DNA of 57,246 nt from NCBI GenBank assembly GCA_039794845.1, contig JAUQVK010000091.1:1-57246 (forward strand), read 5' to 3'. Both the position numbers and the translations under genes were made by a program. Shown here in pieces: positions 22,902 through 33,301 of this stretch. Every line of letters starts with the position of its first letter. The first letter of the stretch is position 1. The notes under the pieces were generated by a model, which worked only from the letters and a program-made list of their open reading frames with translations, was not told where the DNA came from and did no database searches. This stretch comes from Thermostichus sp. DRC_bins_24 (lineage in GTDB: Bacteria > Cyanobacteriota > Cyanobacteriia > Thermostichales > Thermostichaceae).

Positions 22902-24197
22902 CTAAAGCGAAGAAGAGCGAATGGCCTCTTGAGCCTGCTGCTGACGGGCAGAAATCTGAACTTGTAGCGCCTCAATGGCAGCGGCATATTGCGGATCGGC
23001 AAGGGTAGCCACCAATTCCCGATTTTGGCTGAGGCGATTCAGATCTTCCTCGGTCATCTCCACCAAAATGTCGGGGGTAATGCCCTTGTGGTCAATGTCG
23101 GTGCCGTTGGGGGTGCGATAGCGAGCGATGGTCACCGCCAGTCCCGAGCCATCCGAAAGGGGATGCACCGACTGCACCAGACCCTTGCCAAAAGTTCGGG
23201 TGCCGATGATCACCGCACGGCGGTTGTCTTGTAGGGCTCCCGACAAAATTTCGCTGGCACTGGCGGATCCGCCATCCACCAAAACTGCCAGAGGTTTATC
23301 CGTGAGGGCGGTGTTGTTGGCACTGAAGCGATCCTGCTCTCCCTGGCGATTGACCGTCGAGACAATGCTCCCCCGTTCGATCCACATGCGAGCAATTTCG
23401 GCGCTGGAGTAAAGTAGCCCACCTGGATTGGCCCGCAGATCCATCACATAGGCGACTACCCCCTTCTTCTCCAGCTCGCGGATCGCTTGGCGCACCTTTT
23501 CGGCGGTGTTGCCCGAAAACTGAGTGATGCGAATGTAGCCGATGGGCAGACCGTTTTCCTCGTGAATCTCATGGCGCACCGTCGCCAGCTGGATCCTCTC
23601 CCGCACCAAGTCGAACACCTTCAACCCTTCCCCTTCGCGGCGGATGGTCAGGCGCACTCGGGATCCCGGCTCACCTCGAATCAAACTGACGGCGGCGTTG
23701 GTATCCATGCCCTCCGTGGACTGGTCGTCGATGCGCACGATCACGTCCTTGGACTTGATCCCAGCCCGATCGGCGGGCGAGTCTTCAATCGGGGAGACCA
23801 CCACCAGCTCATTCGTCTCTTGATCCATGCCTAGCGTGATGCCCACCCCGGTTAGCTGACCGGAGGTATCGATCTGCATGCTGGCAAACTGCTCGGGATC
23901 CAAAAAGCGAGTGTAGGGATCGTTCAGGGTCTTCAAGGCCTCCCGAATGGCAGCGTAGGCATCTTCCCGAGTGGCATACTCCCGGTTTAGCAGCTCTAGC
24001 CGAATGGCTTCCCAGTCTTGGGAGTTGAAGGAGGCATCAACAAATTCCCGGTTGACAATCTGCCAAACCTCGTCCACCACCTCTTTGGGGTCACTGCGAA
24101 ACCCAGCCCAACCCGGCATCGACAACTGCACGCCAACGAGGGACACCGCCGTCACCACCGCAGCAGTTGCACTAACCACGAACCCACGCTTTCTCAT
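22902..24197 (-). CDS. S41 carboxyl-terminal processing protease (CtpA/CtpB family)
   Basis: Signal peptide, DPYTRF, PDZ domain, DLRANPGG, SASASEI, TFGKG. The paralog (ctpA/B/C) cannot be resolved by eye. Confidence 0.93.
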   Translation of the reverse strand: MRKRGFVVSATAAVVTAVSLVGVQLSMPGWAGFRSDPKEVVDEVWQIVNREFVDASFNSQDWEAIRLELLNREYATREDAYAAIREALKTLNDPYTRFLDPEQFASMQIDTSGQLTGVGITLGMDQETNELVVVSPIEDSPADRAGIKSKDVIVRIDDQSTEGMDTNAAVSLIRGEPGSRVRLTIRREGEGLKVFDLVRERIQLATVRHEIHEENGLPIGYIRITQFSGNTAEKVRQAIRELEKKGVVAYVMDLRANPGGLLYSSAEIARMWIERGSIVSTVNRQGEQDRFSANNTALTDKPLAVLVDGGSASASEILSGALQDNRRAVIIGTRTFGKGLVQSVHPLSDGSGLAVTIARYRTPNGTDIDHKGITPDILVEMTEEDLNRLSQNRELVATLADPQYAAAIEALQVQISARQQQAQEAIRSSSL

Positions 24198-24467
24198 TCG
24201 GCTCTCCAGGAAGATACGGTGCTAAAGGTTAAGGCTGGATACTTAGAAAGTCAGATTCTTCCCACAAATCCCTCCCCCAGGCTGCAGTGAGCAGTCAGGA
24301 GAATATTCCATCGCCGCAACGACGCAACGAATGGAATACAGATTTGGTAGGCTGCAGAAGGCACAGCCTGACTGTGCCCAAGCTAGCATAGGGAGCCCCT
24401 CAAGGGTGCTCTCCCGGTCACATTCATTGCAACTCTTCTCCTGTTAAGCATTTTGGCCTCCCTTCCC

Positions 24468-25835
24468 ATGACCCTTGCCACCGATTGCCCCAGCCCTCTT
24501 GAAGTCGCTTCAAGCTCGCCCCTCCTGCAACAGGCACAGCAAGCCCGAACCGCCGCCCAACGTACAGCCACTTTGCCTACGGCCCTCAAAAATGCCGCCC
24601 TAGAGGCCATTGCCACCGCCTTGCTTGAGCAGCAGGAGGCGATTTTGGCGGCCAACCAAGCTGACCTAACCCGAGCCGCGGAGATGGTCAAGGCGGGGGA
24701 GTTGTCCCCATCTGCCTATGCCCGTCTGAAGGTGGATGGTGACAAATTGGCGGGGATGGTGGCCGGGGTGCGAGAGGTGATCCGATTAGGGGATCCGGTG
24801 GGGCGCTCGCTGCTGATCCGGGAGTTGGACGAGGACCTGATCCTGGAGCGGCGCACCTATCCCCTCGGAGTGTTGGGGGTGATTTTCGAGTCGCGGCCCG
24901 ATGCTTTGGTGCAGATTGCCGCACTGGCGGTGAAAACGGGCAACAGTGTCTTGCTCAAGGGGGGATCCGAGGCGTTGCACTCCTGCCAGGCCTTGATGGC
25001 GGCGATCCAGACTGGGTTGCAGCAGATCCCCGAGTTTCCTGAGGGATCCCTGCAGTTGCTCACCACCCGCGAAGAAATCAAAGCCCTGCTGCAGTTGGAG
25101 GGGTTGGTGGATCTGATCATTCCTCGTGGTTCCAATACCTTTGTCCGCTATGTCATGGACAACACCCGCATTCCGGTGCTGGGCCATGCGGATGGCATCT
25201 GTCACCTGTACGTGGATCGGGCTGCGGATGTGCCGATGGCCGTGAACCTGACGGTGGACAGCAAAACCCAGTATCCCGCCGCCTGCAATGCCATTGAAAC
25301 TCTGCTGGTGCACGAGGCGGTGGCCCCTCGCTTTTTGCCGGCTGTGGCCGAGGCCCTGCGGGAGAAAGGGGTGGAGTTGCGGGGGGATCCTTGCTCTCGG
25401 GAACTGCTGCCGGATCTGATCCCCGCCACCGAAGCCGACTGGAGCACGGAGTACGGGGATTTGATCTTATCGATCAAGGTGGTGGAGTCTTGCGAGGCTG
25501 CCATTGCCCATATTCAGCAGTACGGATCCCGACACACCGAGGCGATCGTTACCGAAGATGCGGCGGTAGCGCAACGATTTTTGGACGAAGTGGATGCAGC
25601 CGGGGTTTTTCACAATGCCTCCACTCGCTTTGCCGATGGGTTCCGCTATGGATTGGGAGCAGAAGTGGGCATTAGCACCCAGAAAATGCCGCCGCGCGGC
25701 CCGGTGGGTTTGGAGGGCTTGATCACTTATCGCTATCAGCTGCGGGGGAAAGGCCAGCTTGTTGCCGACTATACAGGCCCGCAGGCCCGTCCTTTTCGGC
25801 ATCGGGATCACCTGAACAACACCGGCCTGGCGTAA
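24468..25835 (+). CDS. proA: Gamma-glutamyl phosphate reductase
   Basis: [35 protein letters not shown]. Start is 24453 (TTG) or 24468 (ATG). Confidence 0.96.
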   Translation: MTLATDCPSPLEVASSSPLLQQAQQARTAAQRTATLPTALKNAALEAIATALLEQQEAILAANQADLTRAAEMVKAGELSPSAYARLKVDGDKLAGMVAGVREVIRLGDPVGRSLLIRELDEDLILERRTYPLGVLGVIFESRPDALVQIAALAVKTGNSVLLKGGSEALHSCQALMAAIQTGLQQIPEFPEGSLQLLTTREEIKALLQLEGLVDLIIPRGSNTFVRYVMDNTRIPVLGHADGICHLYVDRAADVPMAVNLTVDSKTQYPAACNAIETLLVHEAVAPRFLPAVAEALREKGVELRGDPCSRELLPDLIPATEADWSTEYGDLILSIKVVESCEAAIAHIQQYGSRHTEAIVTEDAAVAQRFLDEVDAAGVFHNASTRFADGFRYGLGAEVGISTQKMPPRGPVGLEGLITYRYQLRGKGQLVADYTGPQARPFRHRDHLNNTGLA

Positions 25836-26140
25836 GCGGAGGGATCCGCCGGCAAAACGCCGCTCCCAAGATGCACAACCGGAATGGTCATGGATTTGGA
25901 CACCGCTGAGACCTGGGATCAACGGGGAATGCCCTCTCATCTGCTCAGCTTCACGGCTCAAGTTTGAGGTAAATTAAAGAATAACTTTATGATTTGCGAA
26001 GATCGGCACTTACGCCACGCTAGGATGTGACAATTGACTACCGAGTTCTGGGTTTCTTGCTTTCTACAGCTTGATCGCCTCCAACTCGACACCTTGCCTG
26101 TTTGGCGTTTCGTTATTTCGATAGGGAGCTTCAACGGATC

Positions 26141-26611
26141 ATGTCTGTTCGTCTGTACGTCGGAAATCTGCCGGAAGAGGTGGATCGTCAGGCATTGGAG
26201 GAGCTCTTTACCTCAGCAGGTGAGGTGATCTCCACCAAGGTGATTCGAGATCGCAAGACAGGCAAATGTCGCGGCTTTGGCTTTGTAACGGTGAACACCC
26301 AAGAGCAGGCGGAGCAATACATCGAAAAGTTCAACGGCCATAGCTTCGGGGATGTCAACTTGCGCATCGAGATCGCCCAACCTCGTGACAAAGGGGAAGA
26401 AGCCGAAGCCACAGCGCCAACCGCTGCGCCCGAGGCCAAGGAGTCGGGGGAAAGCCGCGCCCCCAGCAAAAAACACCGCAACCGTGGGGGCAAAGGTGGG
26501 GGCGGAGCCAACGTTACCCCTGAAACGGGAGGGGCTTCCGAGCCGGATCCCCGCTGGGCCAGCCAGTTGCAGCGAATTAAGGAGCAGCTTTTGCAGGCCA
26601 GCAATTCCTGA
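26141..26611 (+). CDS. RRM RNA-binding protein (Rbp3/RbpG-like)
   Basis: RNP2 LYVGNL, RNP1 RGFGFV, C-terminal PDPRWA motif. Confidence 0.92.
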   Translation: MSVRLYVGNLPEEVDRQALEELFTSAGEVISTKVIRDRKTGKCRGFGFVTVNTQEQAEQYIEKFNGHSFGDVNLRIEIAQPRDKGEEAEATAPTAAPEAKESGESRAPSKKHRNRGGKGGGGANVTPETGGASEPDPRWASQLQRIKEQLLQASNS

Positions 26612-26684
26612 ATCCCCCCGAAGGAGTGAATGGACGCCGGTGGTCTCTGGCAGTAAGCTGAGCTAGGCTGCTGGCGGCCTGAGT

Positions 26685-27509
26685 ATGTTCAGTAATGGGT
26701 TTTCTACGATGAATGGGATTTCAGGGGTTTCTCAGGCCGTAAGACAAGGTTTGGCTAGGGTCGGGCTTCTGTGCGGGTTGGTGTGCTTGCTTGTGATGGT
26801 CGGTGGGGCTCAAATGCCCTCGGCTGCGGCCAGTCCGTCGGATTTGGAAGCACAGGTTTTGCAGATCATTCGGGACAACCCTCAGGTGATTCTCGAGGCC
26901 GTGCAAGAGTATCAGCAGCGGCAGTACGAGGCCCAACAGCAGCAGCAGCAGCAGCTTTCGGAAGAATTTGGCCGTCAACTGCGAGAAAACCCTCGCGCCG
27001 TCATTGGGGATTCTCCCCGCATGGGTTCCGACGCTTTGAAGTTGGTGTTGGTGGAGTTTTCCGATTTTCAATGCCCCTTCTGCGCCCGTGCCCACGACAC
27101 CCTCAGGCAGTTCATGGCGGATCACGGGGATGAGGTGACCCTGGTGTATAAGCACTTGCCCTTAACCAGCATTCACCCGGAAGCGATGCCCGCCGCCCGT
27201 GCCGCTTGGGCTGCCCAACGCCAAGGCAAGTTCTGGGAATTTCACGATGAGCTGTTCGCCAATCAGTCGCAGCTTGGCGATGAGTTTTATCTGGCCACCG
27301 CCGAAAGGTTGGGCCTGAACGTGGAGAAGTTCAATCGGGATCGGCGCAGTCGGGCGGCAGAACGCTCCATCCAACGGGATATCGACATGGCCTCGCAACT
27401 GGGCATTACCGGCACCCCCTATTTCACTCTGAACGGCTTTTCCTTCTCTGGAGCACAACCGTTGCAGGTGTTCGAGCAGACTCTGGAGCAGGCGAGGCAG
27501 GCGCTCTAG
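26685..27509 (+). CDS. DsbA-family thioredoxin-fold protein
   Basis: EFSDFQCPFC, GITGTPYF (cis-Pro loop), signal/TM segment. Confidence 0.92.
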   Translation: MFSNGFSTMNGISGVSQAVRQGLARVGLLCGLVCLLVMVGGAQMPSAAASPSDLEAQVLQIIRDNPQVILEAVQEYQQRQYEAQQQQQQQLSEEFGRQLRENPRAVIGDSPRMGSDALKLVLVEFSDFQCPFCARAHDTLRQFMADHGDEVTLVYKHLPLTSIHPEAMPAARAAWAAQRQGKFWEFHDELFANQSQLGDEFYLATAERLGLNVEKFNRDRRSRAAERSIQRDIDMASQLGITGTPYFTLNGFSFSGAQPLQVFEQTLEQARQAL

Positions 27510-27525
27510 CCAAACTCAAAACACG

Positions 27526-28179
27526 ATGTCAAGTTGTTATCGCTGTTCTGAGTGTGGGGATTGGTTTCTGTTTCGACCGGATCCCTGCCCCACCTGCGCC
27601 CGTCGGCAACGGCAAAAGCAGCGGGCCACTCGGGCCAAGGAAAAGCGGGGCAGCTACGACCTGACCGGGCAAATTGCTGCTGCTGAATTCTGGCAACTGT
27701 TGCATTGGTATCCCTGTTGCCCCTGTTGTGGCAAGCCCTGGCCTCAGGTGGGATCCCTGCCTGCCCAAGATCACATCATCCCGATTAGCCGTGGCGGCCC
27801 CAACACCACCGCCAACCTGCAGCCCCTGTGTCAACCCTGCAACCTGTGGAAATCGGATCACCTCATCTGCTTTGATGGGGCGGTTCCTGGCCAGGCCAAA
27901 GCCCTACCGCAGCGCCTCTGGCCCAGTTTTCAGCGGTGGCTCCGCTTCACCGAGGCAGACTCTGAGGATCACCAGCAACTGAATTGGCTGGACCCCAGGG
28001 ATCCCTCCACAGGCACTTCGGCGGTGGTGCAGCAGCTGACCTATCCTTTCGCCAGCCCCACCCAATTGCAAGCGGAAACCCTGCGCCTTACCCAAGCTGC
28101 GATCCTGGCCGCAACCAACTCGGGAGCCTTTTCCCTGCCCGTGGAGCCTGAGGTGGATCCCTCCAGAGAAAGCGTGTAA
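27526..28179 (+). CDS. HNH endonuclease with Cys-rich N-terminus
   Basis: CPCCG...DHIIPISRGGPNTTANLQPLCQPCN. Confidence 0.85.
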   Translation: MSSCYRCSECGDWFLFRPDPCPTCARRQRQKQRATRAKEKRGSYDLTGQIAAAEFWQLLHWYPCCPCCGKPWPQVGSLPAQDHIIPISRGGPNTTANLQPLCQPCNLWKSDHLICFDGAVPGQAKALPQRLWPSFQRWLRFTEADSEDHQQLNWLDPRDPSTGTSAVVQQLTYPFASPTQLQAETLRLTQAAILAATNSGAFSLPVEPEVDPSRESV

Positions 28180-28194
28180 TGACTTGTGTAATGA

Positions 28195-29340
28195 CTACTG
28201 CGCGGCAACAATGCGGGCGTCAAACCCGGCCTCAGACAGGGAGCGTTGAACCCGTTCGGCATTGGCCCGTCGCTGGTAGGTGCCCACCTGAATCACCGAG
28301 CCGCGCACAAACGCATCGGGGGCAAACTGTTGCAGTTGGGGCAGTGCTTCTGCTCCAGCTTGAACCACCACCCAAAATCCCGGTGTACCCTCTTCAAGGG
28401 GAGCGGGTGGTGCAGCGGCCCGTGTCGAGACGGGATCCCTCTGCAACAGTGGCTGAGACCGGCGCAGATCCGCCGGGAAAACCCCGGCCTCGTACCCTTG
28501 GCCGGCCAGGTAGCGTACCTGTTCTTCGGCGGCAGTGGGGTTGGCGAAACCTCCGGTACGCACCACCCGCAAATCGTCATAGATCAAGGGCAGGGATCCC
28601 GGCAGCAGCCCTTCCAAAGCCGGTAGTTTCTCCCCGGTGGGATCCGCCACCAGCACCCAGTACCGTTCCCCCTGTTCCGGCTCAGGATCCCTGACCGTCC
28701 CTGCTTCTGCCACCGCCACTGCCACCGCCGGTAATCCTTGAGCGGTTAACCAGCGAGCTTGATCCTGAGCCAAAGACAGCCTGGAAAACTCCCCGGTGCG
28801 CAGGGCAGCTTGCCCTTGGTACTCCACGGCAGTGGCCCCCGGGAAGAAGCGGCGCACCCGTTCTTCCAAACGCGGATCTGCAGTGGGGTTGGGTACCTGT
28901 GTGGCAAAAGGCCGCTGCGGATCATCCCTTTCAGTTAAGGTTGGAACCGGAACCCTGGCTGGTGGGCGGGCAGATCCCCCAGAAGATTGGGGGGGAAGAT
29001 CCCCGGGAGGAGCGGCGGGAGGCAAAGGGGGATCCGTCTCTTGGCGGCTCACCACCCGCACCTGCAACCCCAACCGTTCCAAGTCTGCTTGTCGGCGTTG
29101 GGCGTGGCTGCGATTGATGAAGGTTCCCGCCAGAATAAACACCCGCTCCTCTCCTTGTACCCAATAGGCATCCGGCACTTGGGTTTGCACCTGGGCCAAA
29201 TCCGCTGCTTGATCCGAAAGCACCTGTACCTGGTAGCGGGTTAGGGCAAAGGCCCCCGGCAGAGTGAGGGAAAACGCTGCAAAGGATCCCACCAGGGACC
29301 GGGCAAAGATGGCCAAACGGGTGTTGCGCATGGGATCCAT
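28195..29340 (-). CDS. Secreted protein with four SPOR-like repeats
   Basis: Signal peptide ending AFA; four ~60-aa repeats, e.g. VIQVGTYQRRANAERVQRSLSEAGFDARIV; Pro-rich linkers. Confidence 0.75.
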   Translation of the reverse strand: MDPMRNTRLAIFARSLVGSFAAFSLTLPGAFALTRYQVQVLSDQAADLAQVQTQVPDAYWVQGEERVFILAGTFINRSHAQRRQADLERLGLQVRVVSRQETDPPLPPAAPPGDLPPQSSGGSARPPARVPVPTLTERDDPQRPFATQVPNPTADPRLEERVRRFFPGATAVEYQGQAALRTGEFSRLSLAQDQARWLTAQGLPAVAVAVAEAGTVRDPEPEQGERYWVLVADPTGEKLPALEGLLPGSLPLIYDDLRVVRTGGFANPTAAEEQVRYLAGQGYEAGVFPADLRRSQPLLQRDPVSTRAAAPPAPLEEGTPGFWVVVQAGAEALPQLQQFAPDAFVRGSVIQVGTYQRRANAERVQRSLSEAGFDARIVAAQ

Positions 29341-29375
29341 CTCCTGGGGCAGAATTGGCGGCAACGCAAGGCACG

Positions 29376-30254
29376 CTAGCGGCTGGGGTTGGGCAAACGG
29401 GAGGTGAGGCGAGCTTGGGCAAAGAGGGCAGCAGCCTGAGGGGATCCCACGTAGCGCCAGTGCCAGGGCTCGTAGTTGACCCCTTGGGGATTGTCCTGCG
29501 GAAAGGACAATTCAAACCCAAAGTGCGGGGCATACTGCGCCAGCCAAGCGTAGGCAGGGGTCTGGGCGAAGCTGTACTGCACATGGGTTTGGGGATGCCG
29601 TCCGTCACCAATATCGAGGGCGTAGCCGGTGTGGTGTTCGCTATAGCCGGGGGGGGCAGAGAGACGCATAGCTGCTTGCTCCGATCCTTGCCGCTGGATC
29701 TGGCGCCGAAACAGGGCCGCTTGCACCGTCAGATCCCGAAACCCTGAAAGGGGCACCAAGGAAACACTACTGGCCTGGGCCTGTTGTTGCATTTGCCGAA
29801 AGGCCTGGGCTGCCTCTCGATGCAGCCGCTCTACCCGCCCGCCGGGGCCACTGACGGGTTCCAAATGGGCTAGCGAGGCAACCGGATAAGGCCAGTGAAA
29901 GGGGATCCCTCGCGTGGATGTCTCCCCCCCTCCAGACACCGATTCCAAGGACCACACTTGCCCTTCCAACCCCAGCAAAGCCAGGGATCCCAACATCAAG
30001 TCGATGCTGTCCTGCTGGCGAAACGCCCCCACCTGAATCACCGGCGTGGATCCCACCTGACGGCGAAAGGCATCTGGGGCAAGGCTATGCACCCGTTCCA
30101 ACACCCCAGGGCCATCCGGCACAACAACCAAGCGTGGCGAGGCCGGCGAAGGGAGCCCCCAGGCCCACACCCAGATCATCGCCAGCGTGGCAGCCCCCAG
30201 GCGCAACCCCCAGCCTCGCCACTGCCGGATTCTCCACAGCCAATGTTGTTTCAC
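29376..30254 (-). CDS. M15B D-alanyl-D-alanine carboxypeptidase (VanY-like) with N-terminal SPOR-like domain
   Basis: SGFR, SAPPGYSEHHTGYALD and YEPWHWRY. Confidence 0.9.
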   Translation of the reverse strand: MKQHWLWRIRQWRGWGLRLGAATLAMIWVWAWGLPSPASPRLVVVPDGPGVLERVHSLAPDAFRRQVGSTPVIQVGAFRQQDSIDLMLGSLALLGLEGQVWSLESVSGGGETSTRGIPFHWPYPVASLAHLEPVSGPGGRVERLHREAAQAFRQMQQQAQASSVSLVPLSGFRDLTVQAALFRRQIQRQGSEQAAMRLSAPPGYSEHHTGYALDIGDGRHPQTHVQYSFAQTPAYAWLAQYAPHFGFELSFPQDNPQGVNYEPWHWRYVGSPQAAALFAQARLTSRLPNPSR

Positions 30255-30311
30255 AGGCAGAGCACAGATTTAGTGCACCTCCAGTATAAACAGGCTGGCA
30301 AGACCCTACCG

Positions 30312-30716
30312 CTACCGTTGGCTTCCGGGGCGACGGCGACGAATTTTTCGGGATCCCCCCAGGGCGAAGCGGATCACCTCGGTTTTGTAGCGTTGTGAGC
30401 CTTCCGTATGACGGTACAGTTGAATGGCGGATCCCTGGCCGGAGGGCAAGGCAGGCAAGGGTTTTTCTGGGGTTGTGGCCTCGAGGGCGATGAAAAACTT
30501 CAGGCGCAGCAGGGCTTCTAGCCTAGAGAGCTGTTCTGTCTCTTCGGGCACCAACCGCCCCAGCGACACCTGTAGGCGTGGGCCCCGTCGCCGCGAGCCA
30601 GAGCGACCCCAAAGCTGCTGGGCCAACACCCACAGAGAGGCCCGCTCAGGAGATTTGACCAACAACTTCAAGCCCGTTAGGGGGTTAAGCCCATAGGTGA
30701 GCAGCAGAGAATACAT
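30312..30716 (-). CDS. Hypothetical protein
   Basis: 134-aa ORF filling the gap; no recognised motif. Confidence 0.55.
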   Translation of the reverse strand: MYSLLLTYGLNPLTGLKLLVKSPERASLWVLAQQLWGRSGSRRRGPRLQVSLGRLVPEETEQLSRLEALLRLKFFIALEATTPEKPLPALPSGQGSAIQLYRHTEGSQRYKTEVIRFALGGSRKIRRRRPGSQR

Positions 30717-30768
30717 CGGCAGCAGAGAAAGCAGAGGAACTTTTTCGGGTTAAGGTCAAGCTAGAGGG

Positions 30769-33288
30769 ATGGCCCATAGGCCAACTGTAACACCGCTCAC
30801 CGATTTGCCGACACCCATGGCCGGGATCCCGTCACAACGCTGGCTGTTTCACCCTGTCGATACGCTGGCCGCTCAAAACTTGGCGCAGGCGGTGGGGATA
30901 TCGCCGTTGTTGGCACAAATTTTGCTCAACCGGGGCTTTACCAGTCCCGCAGCAGCCCGGCAGTATTTGCATCCCAATCCTGATCACTTGCCCGCCGCCA
31001 CCCGTGATTTTGTCGATCTGCCTTTGGCGGTGAAGTTACTGGATCAGGCCATTCAACAGCAAGCGGCGATCGCCATTTGCGGGGACTACGATGCCGACGG
31101 CATGACCAGCACCGCCCTGCTCTTGCGGGCTTTGCGCAAACTGGGGGGGAAGGTTCACTACCGCATCCCCAGCCGCATGACGGAGGGCTATGGCCTCAAC
31201 AGCCGCATGGTTGAGGAGCTACACCAAGAGGGGGTGCGTCTGATCCTAACTGTGGACAATGGCATCTCGGCCCACGAGCCGATCCAACTGGCCAAAACCC
31301 TGGGGTTGACGGTCATCGTGACGGATCACCACGATCTGCCGCCGCAGTTGCCCTCTGCCGATGCCATCCTCAACCCGAAGCGGATCCCTGAGTCGTCCCC
31401 CTATCGCGGCATGGCCGGGGTAGGGGTCGCCTATTTGCTGGCCCAAGCCCTGGCGGAACACCGCGGGGATCCCAACTTGGGGCGGATGGCACTGGAGCTG
31501 TTTACGCTGGGCACCATTGCCGATCTGGCACCCCTGACGGGGGTGAATCGCCTTTGGGTGCAGCAGGGGCTGCAACTGTTGCCCACCTCCCAGGTGGAAG
31601 GGATCCGCGCCCTTTTGCGGGTAACAGGGTTGCTGCCCCAGGGATCCCTGGGGGTTAGCCCAGAAGGGTTGCGACCGGAAGCCATCGGGTTTGGCTTGGG
31701 GCCGCGCATCAACGCCGTCGGACGAATTGGCCAGGCGGGGATGGTGATCAAGCTGCTGACCACGGATGATCCCCTTCAGGCACAGAAATTGGCCCAACGC
31801 TGTGAACGGCTCAACCAGGTGCGCCAACAGATGTGTGGGCGCATCGAGACGGAGGCGCTAGAACAAATCGAGCAGCAAAGGCGAAACCTGCGGCAGGATC
31901 GGGTACTGACCCTGCTGGGATCCCCGCAACACAAGTGGCACAAAGGGGTGATCGGCATCGTTGCCTCGCGGCTGGCGGATCGTTTTGGCTGTCCGGTGTT
32001 TATCGGCAGCCAATCGCCGCGGGGGGAGATCAGCGGCTCGGCACGGCAGGGAATCCCGGAGTTTGACGTGTTTCAGGGGTTGGAGTTTTGCAAAGATCTC
32101 TTCCACAAACATGGCGGACACCCGGCAGCAGGGGGCTTCAGCCTCAAGGCGGAAAACTGGCCCCTGTTGGAGGAGCGACTGCGGCAGTTTGCCCAACAGC
32201 ATCTACAACCGGAACAGATTCAGCCGCTGGTCCCGATCGATGTGGAAGCCCCCTTGGCGGATCTCACCCTGGATCTCTACCAACAACTGCAACATCTGCA
32301 GCCCTGTGGCATTGGCAACCCTGAGCCGGTCTTTTGCAGCCGCAATTTGCAGATTCTGCAGCAACAACGGTTTGGGCGCAGCGGCTCCTCTGACCCCAGC
32401 CATTTGAAAGTGCTGGTACAGGATCCCGATCTCGGGGCAACCTCAAAATCTGAAACCAGCAAACGCCCTCTCTGGGCCATTTGCTGGCGGGGTGCGGAAG
32501 TGTATCCTTTGCCCGAACACATTGATCTGGCTTATACCCTCAAAGCCAAAAGCTGGCGGGGGGAAACGCAACTGGAGCTGGAAGTTGTCGGGATCCAACC
32601 GGCCCTGGCTCCTGTTCTCAACCCGCCCGTTGCCCCAGCCCCCGTCTCGACCGTTCCACCCATGCCCAACCCTCAGCCCGATGTAAAAGCCCCCCCTGAA
32701 CCGCAGTTGATCTATCGCCCCGCGCCTCATCCCCCACAGCCGCTGCATTGGCAGGCGGTAGAACGATTTTCAGCCCTCTTGCCCCAAGCCCAGGGAACCA
32801 TCCTCCTCTACGGCTTCCGTCGCCCCTACTTGTCCCTGCCATCCGAGCGGGATCCGGACCTCACCCTGCACTACGATCGCCCCCAAGCCGGCCATCGCTA
32901 CGATCATCTATGGCTGTGGAGTTGGCCCCCTTCTCTTGATCATCTGAAGTGGTTGCTGCACTTCACCCCCAGCGATAAGCTGCAGATTTCCCTGCACAGC
33001 CAAACGGTGCCCCTCACCTCCCCGGAAGGCTTGCAGCAACAACTGCGCCACCATCTACACCGGGAAAACAAGGTGGATCTGCTGCGTTTGTCCCAGCAAT
33101 GGTGGCTTTCTCCCCCGCTGTTGGTGGCAGGTTTGCGCTCGCTGGGGTACGCCTGCCCCGCTTTTGGCCCGACAGGATCCCTTGCCGAAGAGCTGGAGGC
33201 CCAACAGGCTTGGTATCGCAGCCCCTGGCAAAGGATCGCCCCTCTGCTCGAGGCTAGAGAGACCGGCTCCCTCTTGAACACCCCTTGA
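30769..33288 (+). CDS. recJ: Single-stranded DNA exonuclease RecJ
   Basis: GDYDADG, TVDNG, TDHH, GTIAD, PRINAVGR and GGHPAAGG. Confidence 0.96.
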   Translation: MAHRPTVTPLTDLPTPMAGIPSQRWLFHPVDTLAAQNLAQAVGISPLLAQILLNRGFTSPAAARQYLHPNPDHLPAATRDFVDLPLAVKLLDQAIQQQAAIAICGDYDADGMTSTALLLRALRKLGGKVHYRIPSRMTEGYGLNSRMVEELHQEGVRLILTVDNGISAHEPIQLAKTLGLTVIVTDHHDLPPQLPSADAILNPKRIPESSPYRGMAGVGVAYLLAQALAEHRGDPNLGRMALELFTLGTIADLAPLTGVNRLWVQQGLQLLPTSQVEGIRALLRVTGLLPQGSLGVSPEGLRPEAIGFGLGPRINAVGRIGQAGMVIKLLTTDDPLQAQKLAQRCERLNQVRQQMCGRIETEALEQIEQQRRNLRQDRVLTLLGSPQHKWHKGVIGIVASRLADRFGCPVFIGSQSPRGEISGSARQGIPEFDVFQGLEFCKDLFHKHGGHPAAGGFSLKAENWPLLEERLRQFAQQHLQPEQIQPLVPIDVEAPLADLTLDLYQQLQHLQPCGIGNPEPVFCSRNLQILQQQRFGRSGSSDPSHLKVLVQDPDLGATSKSETSKRPLWAICWRGAEVYPLPEHIDLAYTLKAKSWRGETQLELEVVGIQPALAPVLNPPVAPAPVSTVPPMPNPQPDVKAPPEPQLIYRPAPHPPQPLHWQAVERFSALLPQAQGTILLYGFRRPYLSLPSERDPDLTLHYDRPQAGHRYDHLWLWSWPPSLDHLKWLLHFTPSDKLQISLHSQTVPLTSPEGLQQQLRHHLHRENKVDLLRLSQQWWLSPPLLVAGLRSLGYACPAFGPTGSLAEELEAQQAWYRSPWQRIAPLLEARETGSLLNTP

Positions 33289-33301
33289 GAGACCAGGGCG
33301 C

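Noticed and set aside
27526..28179. HNH protein as IscB/Cas9-like
   Set aside because: No PLMP or RuvC motifs and no adjacent omegaRNA or array.
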